A stretch of 64,000 bases of DNA from a virus. Each line of letters opens with the position of its first letter. The first letter of the stretch is position 1. The position numbers were made by a program, and so were the translations under genes. The DNA is taken from the IMG/VR virus record IMGVR_UViG_3300024999_000053, positions 32,001 through 96,000 of that record; one strand, written 5' to 3'. Positions 31,349 through 39,742 of this stretch are shown piece by piece. The notes below the pieces were generated by a model, which saw only the letters and a program-made list of their open reading frames with translations, was not told the DNA's origin and did no database searches.

Positions 31349-33205
31349 ATGATTAAATGTATGTTAGACAGAAAGACTTTTGCAAAGAAACCAAATGGAT
31401 TTGAATCTAGTGGAATCCAACTAAGATTAATTAAAACAGAAATAGAAATTGAAGAATTAGCAAATTTATTGTGCAATGGAGCAACATTTAAACCTGCATA
31501 TCTTAATGGTACTAAAAGTAAAGATTGGATCAGTCAACAAATATTTGCTTTAGATTTTGATGAAGGGACTACTATTGCTAAAGAGTTAGAAAGATGTAAG
31601 GAGTTAAATATTAATCCAGTATTCGGGTATAAAACATTTTCTTATACAGAATATAAAGAGAAATTTAGACTAGTATTTTGTAATAATGAAGTAATAACTG
31701 ATGTTGAGATAAGGAATGACTTTCAAAATCTATTAATTAAATTATTCTCTAATAGTGATAGTGTTACTTTTGATCCTACTAGACTATTCTTTGGAGGTAA
31801 AGGGTTAATAGAGTGTAATTATAATAATAAAATAAATGTTAAAGAAATAATGGAAAATAATAAAGATTTATTAAATGAAATAAATAATGATAATAATAAA
31901 TCTCTTTCTTCTTCAAATAAATCATCTAAGGGTAAATTGAGCTTTCTCAATACTAATACACTAAACTCTTCTTCTATTAGTATTGCAGAAGCTCACACTC
32001 CTACCCCTATGGGCGTTACAGGTGTTTTAGGGAATATTGAGGCTATAAAATCCCTTGATATTGTTGCTATGAAGGAAATTCTTAATATTGATGAAGAATT
32101 TAAAACAATATGTACTAATAAGCAAGAAGTTTATAATTATATGAATGGAATAGACTTGTGTGAATTTACAAATATCTATGGAATGATAAATTGTATTCTA
32201 CCAGAACACGAAGATGATACACCTTCTGCTCATATCTATGAAACAGATAATGGTACTCAGATATATAAGTGTTTTGGATGTAAAGCAAAATATACAATAA
32301 TATCGTTAGTAGAGAAATTAGCAAAATGTAAAAGAGTCAAAGCTATAGAATTTATTAAACAGGTTTATAATATTGAATTGCAACAAACTGAATGGCAAAA
32401 AGAACAATTAGAAATACTCGATACGAATATAGAATTATTGTTGTCCGATGAATTTAAGGAGATTTATCCACAGTTACATTCATTAATAAGGACTAGGAAA
32501 TCTAATCTCATTGCATTAAATAATTATGCCAAGATGAATGTTAAGGACGAGGATTTTAGTCTAGATGGAAATCCATTATTCTTTGTATCTTTAAATAATT
32601 TGATGGACGTATTTGGATCAAAAGATAAAACTAGAACATCTCAAAGTATTACATTATTTACTTTACTTAGTTTACTTAATAAAATTCCTCATGATAATTT
32701 GCCAGAAGAAACTTTAAAGAAAGCAAAACATATTGCTGCAAAATATAAGCATAAGAAGTTGGTTAATTATTATAGTATTGATCAATATGGAACAGAAACT
32801 TTAGAAGAAAGTAATAAGATTGCTATTTTATTAAAGGAAAACAATATTTCTTTGAAGGGTTTGTCAAGAGAATATTTACTGAGGACTTTTGGCGTAGAAT
32901 TTACTAATAAGGTATTCCCTCAATATGAATATGAGAATAATTTAGGAACAACAGAACAATCCGATGAAAATAGTAGTAGATTAGTTGGATACATATTGAA
33001 AGGAATAGAGGTACAAGGATATGTATTAGAGAAAGATTTAAAAGTAAATGGTATGACTGAGAATCAATGGAGACGTAGTATTCAGGAAATATTGGATAGT
33101 TATGGATTGGTAAAGGTGACTGCTAATAAGGAGATTAAAGAAAAATATAATATTGATTGTCCTGTTAGAAGTTATCCTAAAATTATTATTAAGAGGGATA
33201 ACTAA
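31349..33205 (+). CDS. Primase-like replication protein (AEP-type N-terminal domain + CHC2 zinc finger)
   Basis: FALDFD, YKTFS...KFRLVF, DPTRLFFG; CILPEHEDDTPSA...YKCFGC. Confidence 0.7.
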   Translation: MIKCMLDRKTFAKKPNGFESSGIQLRLIKTEIEIEELANLLCNGATFKPAYLNGTKSKDWISQQIFALDFDEGTTIAKELERCKELNINPVFGYKTFSYTEYKEKFRLVFCNNEVITDVEIRNDFQNLLIKLFSNSDSVTFDPTRLFFGGKGLIECNYNNKINVKEIMENNKDLLNEINNDNNKSLSSSNKSSKGKLSFLNTNTLNSSSISIAEAHTPTPMGVTGVLGNIEAIKSLDIVAMKEILNIDEEFKTICTNKQEVYNYMNGIDLCEFTNIYGMINCILPEHEDDTPSAHIYETDNGTQIYKCFGCKAKYTIISLVEKLAKCKRVKAIEFIKQVYNIELQQTEWQKEQLEILDTNIELLLSDEFKEIYPQLHSLIRTRKSNLIALNNYAKMNVKDEDFSLDGNPLFFVSLNNLMDVFGSKDKTRTSQSITLFTLLSLLNKIPHDNLPEETLKKAKHIAAKYKHKKLVNYYSIDQYGTETLEESNKIAILLKENNISLKGLSREYLLRTFGVEFTNKVFPQYEYENNLGTTEQSDENSSRLVGYILKGIEVQGYVLEKDLKVNGMTENQWRRSIQEILDSYGLVKVTANKEIKEKYNIDCPVRSYPKIIIKRDN

Positions 33206-33206
33206 T

Positions 33207-33929
33207 ATGCAGAATAATTTAGTTTATAAATTCTATAATAGCAATAATGAATTACTTTATGTTGGTATCACAAATAGTATGAAACTTAGGCTAAAGCAAC
33301 ACAAGCAAGATAAAGAATGGTTTACTGAAATCAAAAAAATATGTGTTAGTGATAAAATGACTAGGAATGAAGCACATATCTATGAAATATACTATATTGC
33401 AAATGAAAATCCAAAATATAATGTAGACTATATCAATGGTGGCAAGGTAAGTTTTATGATGGGTGAATTATCATTCAAAGAATATAAAAAAGAGAAGAGA
33501 AAGAAGATAGACGTTGATGTTGTTTTGAGAATGTATAATGAAGGTAAATCAATAGATGAAATAGCCACAGAATTAAAATACTCTACTGAATACATTACTC
33601 AAAACTTGAGATCAAAATTAATAGAATTAGGGGAAGTAAAACCAAATCGTAGAAATGGGAAAAATGAAAGATTTGAAATGTTTGTTAATTGTCTTACATA
33701 CTTGTCTAATAAAAAATATTTTACAATAGAAGATATTGTATATAAGTTCATGAATGATTATGAATGTACAGAGGAAACTGCAAAAACATATTATAAAGAC
33801 GAGTTTGCAGTTTTACTTATTGAAGAGGTTAATAAAATAGGTTTGAAAAGAATTAGAGCGAATAAGATAATTAAAGAGCAATTTGGAATGATAGGGGATG
33901 GGTATCCATTTATTATTTGTGAAATTTAA
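33207..33929 (+). CDS. GIY-YIG nuclease domain + HTH protein
   Basis: VYKFYN...LLYVGIT..MKLRLKQH...E..YI...NPKYN; GKSIDEIATEL. Confidence 0.75.
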   Translation: MQNNLVYKFYNSNNELLYVGITNSMKLRLKQHKQDKEWFTEIKKICVSDKMTRNEAHIYEIYYIANENPKYNVDYINGGKVSFMMGELSFKEYKKEKRKKIDVDVVLRMYNEGKSIDEIATELKYSTEYITQNLRSKLIELGEVKPNRRNGKNERFEMFVNCLTYLSNKKYFTIEDIVYKFMNDYECTEETAKTYYKDEFAVLLIEEVNKIGLKRIRANKIIKEQFGMIGDGYPFIICEI

Positions 33930-33959
33930 TAATAAATCAATAAAAGGAGTGGATACTTA

Positions 33960-34184
33960 ATGAGTAACAATTGCAAATACTGTTCTAATAATAAATCTGA
34001 TGAGATTAATGAGATTATTATTTCAAATAAAGATAATATATGGAATGAAGATGAAGAATTTTTCATTTATATAGAAGACAATTTAATGATTATGTTGGAA
34101 GCAGACGATAATGGTTCAAGTTATCTTGGAGATAGGGTAATTAATTATTGTCCAATGTGTGGAAGGAAATTGAATGATAAGTAA
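33960..34184 (+). CDS. Zinc-binding hypothetical protein
   Basis: CKYC...INYCPMCGRKL. Confidence 0.7.
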   Translation: MSNNCKYCSNNKSDEINEIIISNKDNIWNEDEEFFIYIEDNLMIMLEADDNGSSYLGDRVINYCPMCGRKLNDK

Positions 34185-34204
34185 GTTATAAATAAATATC
34201 CCCA

Positions 34205-34234
34205 TTGACATAAATATAAAAATAATGTTACAAT
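34205..34234 (+). promoter_or_regulatory. SigA-type promoter
   Basis: TTGACA-18-TACAAT with TG extension. Confidence 0.6.
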
Positions 34235-34239
34235 ACATT

Positions 34240-34330
34240 TGTAAATGATTCATTATTATTTTCCATTTCATTTACACTCTCTTTCTTTGTGAGGGAGTTC
34301 TAATTTTATTAGGATTCCCTCTATTTTTTT
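34240..34330 (+). ncRNA. Candidate ~90-nt small RNA
   Basis: Promoter, then a hairpin, a CU-rich linker and terminator GAGGGAGTTCTAAT..ATTAGGATTCCCTC + T run, with no sense ORF. Confidence 0.45.
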
Positions 34331-34492
34331 CTTTTTATTAGTTTCTAAACATTTATTATGAATCATAATTTAAATCATGTTTCATAAATGATATTTCTAA
34401 TAATAATTAATATGATAATTATCAAGATATTATAAATGATAATAAATATAATTACATATTCAATTATTAATTAATGCAAAAATAAAATCCCT

Positions 34493-34521
34493 TGACTTCT
34501 GCACTAGATTGTGCTATGATA
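34493..34521 (+). promoter_or_regulatory. SigA-type promoter
   Basis: TTGACT-17-TATGAT, TG extension, A-rich UP element. Confidence 0.6.
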
Positions 34522-34554
34522 AGTCATCTGAAATAAGGGGAGAGTGCTAATATT

Positions 34555-34857
34555 ATGTTAAGTTCTGTTATATATGGGGTACTGAATAAAGTTTTAGACA
34601 TAACAGGAGAGGTAGATTGTAATTTAGTGGATAATTGTAGACTAGAATTAATGGTAGACAAAATATCATGTGAAGATTTTGTTCAGAAGACCAAGCATTT
34701 TATACTAGAAGAAGATATTTTGAGCTACAATGAAAAAGATTCTAAATTTGTTTTAAAAGTTACTATGAATTTAACAGAAGACTTTATAAACAAAGTAATC
34801 GCTTATGCAAAACAATATTGTTTAGAGGAATTTGAAGAAATGAAGAAAAATAAGTAA
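34555..34857 (+). CDS. Hypothetical early protein
   Basis: Has its own promoter, RBS and terminator (34872-34902). Confidence 0.6.
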   Translation: MLSSVIYGVLNKVLDITGEVDCNLVDNCRLELMVDKISCEDFVQKTKHFILEEDILSYNEKDSKFVLKVTMNLTEDFINKVIAYAKQYCLEEFEEMKKNK

Positions 34858-34934
34858 GTAATTAACTGAATAAAGGGGAATTAAATTTCCCTTTCCTCTT
34901 TTACATTTGTATAAATACAAAAATAAAATTATCC

Positions 34935-34964
34935 TTGACAATAAAATATGCTAGTGGTATAGTT
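34935..34964 (+). promoter_or_regulatory. SigA-type promoter
   Basis: TTGACA-18-TATAGT with TG extension. Confidence 0.55.
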
Positions 34965-35089
34965 AGGACAAGAGAAAGCGAGGTGAGGGAATATATGATT
35001 GTATTAGCAGATATCAATACATAAATTACAAAGTTTACAATCTCCATAAATTAAAAAATAAAATAATAAACGAAAGAGGTAATTTGTAA

Positions 35090-35332
35090 ATGAATCAAAA
35101 TATTATTAATGCAAAAGTTAAAATTGTAACAGTTGATGGAAAAGAATATATCCAATTAGAAGGTGATACAATGGTTGATGAAATGAGTGGTCGAATATTT
35201 GTTGCAAGAATGAGTTTAGAAGATGTAAAATATTCTGTTGGTATGGGAGAAGATGGTAATAGAACTGGTGATATTACATTTAAACTTTCTCCCGATGAAA
35301 GTCATCAGATGGTGAGTTATAGTTTTAGGTAA
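35090..35332 (+). CDS. Hypothetical protein
   Basis: GAAAGAGG RBS. Confidence 0.6.
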   Translation: MNQNIINAKVKIVTVDGKEYIQLEGDTMVDEMSGRIFVARMSLEDVKYSVGMGEDGNRTGDITFKLSPDESHQMVSYSFR

Positions 35333-35417
35333 GTTAGTAAATTACCCATAGCAGAGGGGTTATACTCTGCTGATTAATTACTAAATGCACAAATAAATAT
35401 ATAGGAGATGATTTATT

Positions 35418-35708
35418 ATGATGCAATTTATACATGGATCAAGACAATTAATAGATAGTTTAGTTTGTAATTATTGTGAAATAAAATCTAATAATTATAT
35501 TGAAGCAGAATATCGAGAAAATGAAGAATATGATGTAAAATGGTCTTGTGATAATTGTGGTAAAGAAAATAATATACATATGACTTCTACTATTAAGGGA
35601 GGTTTCGCACTTCCACCTAGTTATGGCAGAGAAATAATTGTAATGCCAAATTGGAAAGTTCTTAAAGAACATGTGATTGAATTACCAAAAGGTACATGTA
35701 TTATTTAA
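35418..35708 (+). CDS. Zinc-ribbon hypothetical protein
   Basis: CNYC...CDNCG, AGGAG RBS. Confidence 0.6.
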   Translation: MMQFIHGSRQLIDSLVCNYCEIKSNNYIEAEYRENEEYDVKWSCDNCGKENNIHMTSTIKGGFALPPSYGREIIVMPNWKVLKEHVIELPKGTCII

Positions 35709-35811
35709 AATATAGTTTTAATAAAAGTAAAGTTAATAAATAAAATATACGGGAGAGAACTTGCAAGTGTAATGGGTGGCCACCCTCCCTGATCAGGAGG
35801 ATGATTTAATA

Positions 35812-36810
35812 TTGGAAGAGAACGTTTTTATGGTTGAATACATAATTGAGAATGGTTTAGATAAATTAGCATATGGTTTTATTTATATAACTACTAATTT
35901 AATTAATGAGAAGAAATATATTGGTCAAAAGATTTTTGACGATTATGGAAATGGTAGATGGAGGAAATATTTAGGTAGTGGGAAATATTACAAAAGAGCA
36001 GAAAGTTTATATGGAAAAGATAATTTTTCCAGAATTATTGTTGCAATTGCTTATTCTAAAGAAGAACTTAATGAGTTAGAAATGATATTTATAAAAAAAT
36101 ATAATGCCGTAAAAAATATAAATTTTTACAATATAACCGAAGGAGGAGGTGGAATGTCAGGATATCGTCTATCAGAAGAAACTATTCAAAAAATACGTAA
36201 GAAAAATTTAAATATGTCTAAAGAGACAAAGGATAAAATGAGTAAATCAGCAAAAGGTAAAATTGTCTCAGAAGAAACAAAGCAAAGAATGAGTGCATCT
36301 CACTTTGGAAATAAACACTCAAAAGATACTATACAAAAAATGAAAAAACCAAAAACCGAAGAACATAAATTAAAAGTCGGTTTGGCGTTAAGGGGGAGAA
36401 AAAGAACAGAAGAACACAATAGAAAATTAAGTATCGCATTAAAAGGAAAGAAACACTCTTTAGAAACCATAGAGAAATTTAAATTAATACAAAAAGGTGA
36501 AAGAAACCCAATGTATGGTAAACATCATTCAAATGAAACAAAAAATAGAATTCGTAAATCAAAAATTGGACGCTGTTTAGGAGAGGATAACCCCAATGCA
36601 AAAAAAGTTATATGTATCAACACATTTAAAATATTTTCAACTCTAAAAGAAGGAGCCAGTTTTTATAATGTTTGTGAATCAAGTATATCACTATGTTGTA
36701 ACAAAAAGTTAAAATCAGCAGGTAAACATCCAATTACAAATGAAAAATTAGTCTGGCAATATTATTCAGAATACATAAAGTCAAACCCTCCACTTCCAAC
36801 TGCAATATGA
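35812..36810 (+). CDS. GIY-YIG homing endonuclease with NUMOD3 repeats and NUMOD1
   Basis: GFIYITTNLIN.KKYIGQK, repeated SEETK..MS / HS.ETK..I units. TTG 35812 follows AGGAGG. Confidence 0.88.
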   Translation: MEENVFMVEYIIENGLDKLAYGFIYITTNLINEKKYIGQKIFDDYGNGRWRKYLGSGKYYKRAESLYGKDNFSRIIVAIAYSKEELNELEMIFIKKYNAVKNINFYNITEGGGGMSGYRLSEETIQKIRKKNLNMSKETKDKMSKSAKGKIVSEETKQRMSASHFGNKHSKDTIQKMKKPKTEEHKLKVGLALRGRKRTEEHNRKLSIALKGKKHSLETIEKFKLIQKGERNPMYGKHHSNETKNRIRKSKIGRCLGEDNPNAKKVICINTFKIFSTLKEGASFYNVCESSISLCCNKKLKSAGKHPITNEKLVWQYYSEYIKSNPPLPTAI

Positions 36811-36852
36811 CCAAATACATAAATAAATTATTCTATCCATTAAAGCAAATTT

Positions 36853-36975
36853 TGAGGACTAACAATTAGATAGTGCAATATCTAATAAAAGTAAAAGAAT
36901 ACTCACTCCTCTACTTTTAAGTTAGTCCTCATTAATATAAATAATTTATTATAAATTGGATGAGGTGATATAAAA
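36853..36975 (+). promoter_or_regulatory. Structured leader (three-way junction with anti-SD loop)
   Basis: P1 TGAGGACTAAC/GTTAGTCCTCA; P2 ATTAGATA-GTGCAA-TATCTAAT; P3 AAAAGTA..TACTTTT with loop ACTCACTCC facing downstream GGATGAGGTGA. Confidence 0.6.
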
Positions 36976-37347
36976 ATAAAAATCGAAATAGGAAGCACAA
37001 GAATAGTTTTTGTATTTAATAAATTTGTGATTAAAATTCCTAATCTATTCGTTCAATATGACCATTTTCTTTATGGATTATTAGCAAATTTAAAAGAAAA
37101 GAATATGTCAGGTAAACATAAAGATTTAGCAAAAGTCTTTTATTGCAATAATCTTGGAATATTTTTAATTATGGAAAAAGCAGAAGTTGTATTAAATGAT
37201 ATAGACATTGGTGAGTTTTGTGATTTATTAACTGATAAATATAAGGATGATAAATTAAAAGAATTTATGTTGTCGGATTGGAAACCTAGTAACTGGGGTT
37301 ATATACGAGGGAGATTAGTAAAAATTGATTATGGAGATTTTAAGTAA
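36976..37347 (+). CDS. Minimal protein-kinase-like-fold protein, ATA start
   Basis: GSTRIVF..VIKIP, LIMEKA, SDWKPSNWG, LVKIDYG. ATA lies 7 nt after GAGGTGA. Confidence 0.55.
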   Translation: MKIEIGSTRIVFVFNKFVIKIPNLFVQYDHFLYGLLANLKEKNMSGKHKDLAKVFYCNNLGIFLIMEKAEVVLNDIDIGEFCDLLTDKYKDDKLKEFMLSDWKPSNWGYIRGRLVKIDYGDFK

Positions 37348-37502
37348 GTTTAAGAAGGATTAATTATATTAATTTAAGGAGGTGATATAAAATGGAAACT
37401 ATTAAATTATCTATTGAAGAAGTTATTAAAATATTGGAATCTAAGACAGATAAAGATCAAAATACTTTTAAAATAATAAATGCATTGAAAGGACTTGAAT
37501 AA

Positions 37503-37796
37503 ATGAATGAAATAAGTAAAGAAGAAAGACAAGTAATTATTGATAATTTTAATTATGAACATAATAAATTATTTTTAAGAATGGAGTACAAACCAATTAT
37601 CGATCAGATTTTAGACTTATTATCTGACAATAAAATAACTCTTGATAATGCTATTTCTATCTTAGATTGGACAAAAGATGAAATAGAGAATATGAAAATT
37701 GTTAGGGGAGGAAATGTGCCAAAATATTTCAGTTCAGCTCATTATATTAATTCTGTAAATTGTGTAGGTCAATGTGTCAAGGATGTAATGGAATAA
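37503..37796 (+). CDS. Hypothetical protein
   Basis: ORF coupled to an upstream small ORF. Confidence 0.55.
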   Translation: MNEISKEERQVIIDNFNYEHNKLFLRMEYKPIIDQILDLLSDNKITLDNAISILDWTKDEIENMKIVRGGNVPKYFSSAHYINSVNCVGQCVKDVME

Positions 37797-37838
37797 GAGA
37801 CTGTATTTAAATTATTAAGTAGTAAAAGAGGTGATATA

Positions 37839-37979
37839 ATGGAAAAGTTTTTAAATGAATTGAGTTCAGTTTGGAATGATTTTTCAGATGAGGCGAGAGA
37901 TAATTGGGCAATATTGCTTGGTGGTAAGAATGGTAAGAGTGAAGTTATGGCTATTATGAGTAAGGAAGATGATATATAA
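37839..37979 (+). CDS. 46-aa hypothetical protein
   Basis: GAGGTGA RBS. MEKFLNELSSVWNDFSDEARDNWAILLGGKNGK... Confidence 0.5.
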   Translation: MEKFLNELSSVWNDFSDEARDNWAILLGGKNGKSEVMAIMSKEDDI

Positions 37980-38070
37980 AAGAGTGCTGGTAACACTCTC
38001 TGGGAAATAATTTATGTAGTGAGAGCAAATAAAAATAAATGGGTGATGGCCGACATTAAGGAGAAAATAT

Positions 38071-38670
38071 ATGATTTATTTATTGGACGAAATTAATTTA
38101 TTAACACAATTGAATTCTTTAGGGAAAATTAAGAGCAAAATTATCAATATAGATACAGGAGAATTAATTTTAGATAGATTAGAAGTGGCATCTCAGAATA
38201 AAGAGTTAATACATACACAATGGTTAAGAGGAATTGGAAAGACACATGGATTAGTTAAATTTGCTAAGAAATATGGGTATATTGTTTTTCATCCAAATGC
38301 AACACAAATTATAGAAGAAGAGGGATATAAATATATTTATGGATGGTATGAAGTACATAATGCTAAAAGAGAAACAGATATAAGAAATGTAGTGATTGAT
38401 GAAGGTTTTAGCGATTCACAAATTATGACCATAAAAGAACATGGTTTTAAAATAATCACTGGATTTTATACTTGCTCCAAAATAAAAGACGAAAGACCAT
38501 TTAGTGAAAAAGTATTAGAAACCCTTGTAGGCGAAATAGAGGAACTTACTCCTAAATTGGAGAAACTTAGAAAAAGTGAGGACTATGGGACATATAAGAA
38601 TCTGATCAATGCTTATAAAGAAATTTTAGGTTTAATACAAAATCATATACAAAATTACGATATTAAGTAA
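38071..38670 (+). CDS. Hypothetical protein with degenerate P-loop motifs
   Basis: RGIGKT and VVIDEG, AAGGAG RBS. Confidence 0.55.
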   Translation: MIYLLDEINLLTQLNSLGKIKSKIINIDTGELILDRLEVASQNKELIHTQWLRGIGKTHGLVKFAKKYGYIVFHPNATQIIEEEGYKYIYGWYEVHNAKRETDIRNVVIDEGFSDSQIMTIKEHGFKIITGFYTCSKIKDERPFSEKVLETLVGEIEELTPKLEKLRKSEDYGTYKNLINAYKEILGLIQNHIQNYDIK

Positions 38671-38682
38671 ACTAGTAAACAA

Positions 38683-38718
38683 ATACTCCTAACTGCTTTA
38701 ATTAGTAGTTAGGAGTAT
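38683..38718. terminator. Bidirectional terminator
   Basis: ATACTCCTAACT...AGTTAGGAGTAT between convergent genes. Confidence 0.6.
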
Positions 38719-38745
38719 CAATATAAGAATTAGAGAATAATTATT

Positions 38746-39018
38746 CTATTTCCACTTTTCATTTTCTTCGGTATCTTTTAATTTTTCTTCTTCAGTTTTA
38801 ATTCTCATAAAGAACATAAGATAACCACAATCATTGCATATTTGTGTAATAGTTGGTGCATGATTTATTGTAAGCCCTGGTGATTCCATACGAATACAAG
38901 CAACCATGTTAAACGGTTTAACATTTTCACTTTTACATATTGGACAAGTTATTGGGAAATTTGGATTTCTTTGGGAATTTATGCTTGTGTCTCCAGTTGT
39001 ATACACATATTTAGACAT
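38746..39018 (-). CDS. Zinc-ribbon protein
   Basis: CPICKS...ICNDCGYLMFF, AGGAGG RBS. Confidence 0.7.
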   Translation of the reverse strand: MSKYVYTTGDTSINSQRNPNFPITCPICKSENVKPFNMVACIRMESPGLTINHAPTITQICNDCGYLMFFMRIKTEEEKLKDTEENEKWK

Positions 39019-39345
39019 TGATTTAATACCTCCTATCTTAGTTATAATCATTGGATAATATGTGCATGTATATTATACCATTATTCATCGTAATTATACT
39101 AATCTAAACTGCAGTTTAGATAGTTTTATTTATCCAATAAAAGTATGTTTTCCTGCGGTAAGTTAAATTTAATAATAGGAGTAAATAATGAAAAATAATG
39201 ATAGAGTTTTTATTGTCAGTAAAGAAAAAATCAAAGCAGTTTTTAGAAGATAGTAAAAAGAATGTTATTAGTCCTGAATTTTTGAAGAAATGTTTGTATG
39301 CTTATAAGATGTTGAATAAGGGAAGGGAATAGGAGGAAAATTATT

Positions 39346-39531
39346 ATGTCTGGTTTGACACCTAAAAAGAAAGAAGAATTGAAACAGATGATGGGTAAGT
39401 ATTCAGGGAAAGTTGGATTGAGTTTGTTGTTGAGGGAGAATAGGGATGTAGATGATATTATTCCTATTAATTGGTCTGAGGATGTTTTGAGTGGTAAGAA
39501 GAGGGTTTTGATTTGTGGGTGTGATGATTAG
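39346..39531 (+). CDS. Hypothetical protein
   Basis: AGGAGG RBS, terminator at 39568-39590. Confidence 0.5.
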   Translation: MSGLTPKKKEELKQMMGKYSGKVGLSLLLRENRDVDDIIPINWSEDVLSGKKRVLICGCDD

Positions 39532-39625
39532 AGTTAGTTTATATAATTTTATATTGATTTAGTTTTTGAGAGCTGTTTAGGCTCTTTTTTGTTTTGTTTG
39601 GGTTTTTAAGTGAAATTGAATTTAA

Positions 39626-39742
39626 TATTGGTTGGATAGGAGTCAGGCCAGACTTTTATCTGTAAAACGAGACACTTTAGTTTTCCTTAGAACTTGAGTG
39701 TCTTATTCCAATTAGTAAACCTATTAAGGAAGGGGATAAATA
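39626..39742 (+). promoter_or_regulatory. Structured leader (three-way junction with anti-SD loop)
   Basis: P1 TATTGGTTGGA/TCCAATTAGTA; P2 AGGAGTC-AGGCCA-GACTTTT; P3 GAGACACTT..GAGTGTCTT with TTCCTTA facing TAAGGAA at 39725. Confidence 0.6.

Noticed and set aside
35750-35800. Fifth copy of the three-way-junction leader (ACTTGCAAGT, GGGTGGCCACCC)
   Set aside because: It has palindromes but no P3 anti-SD hairpin, so at most a degenerate relative. The same applies to TGGCC at ~38050.
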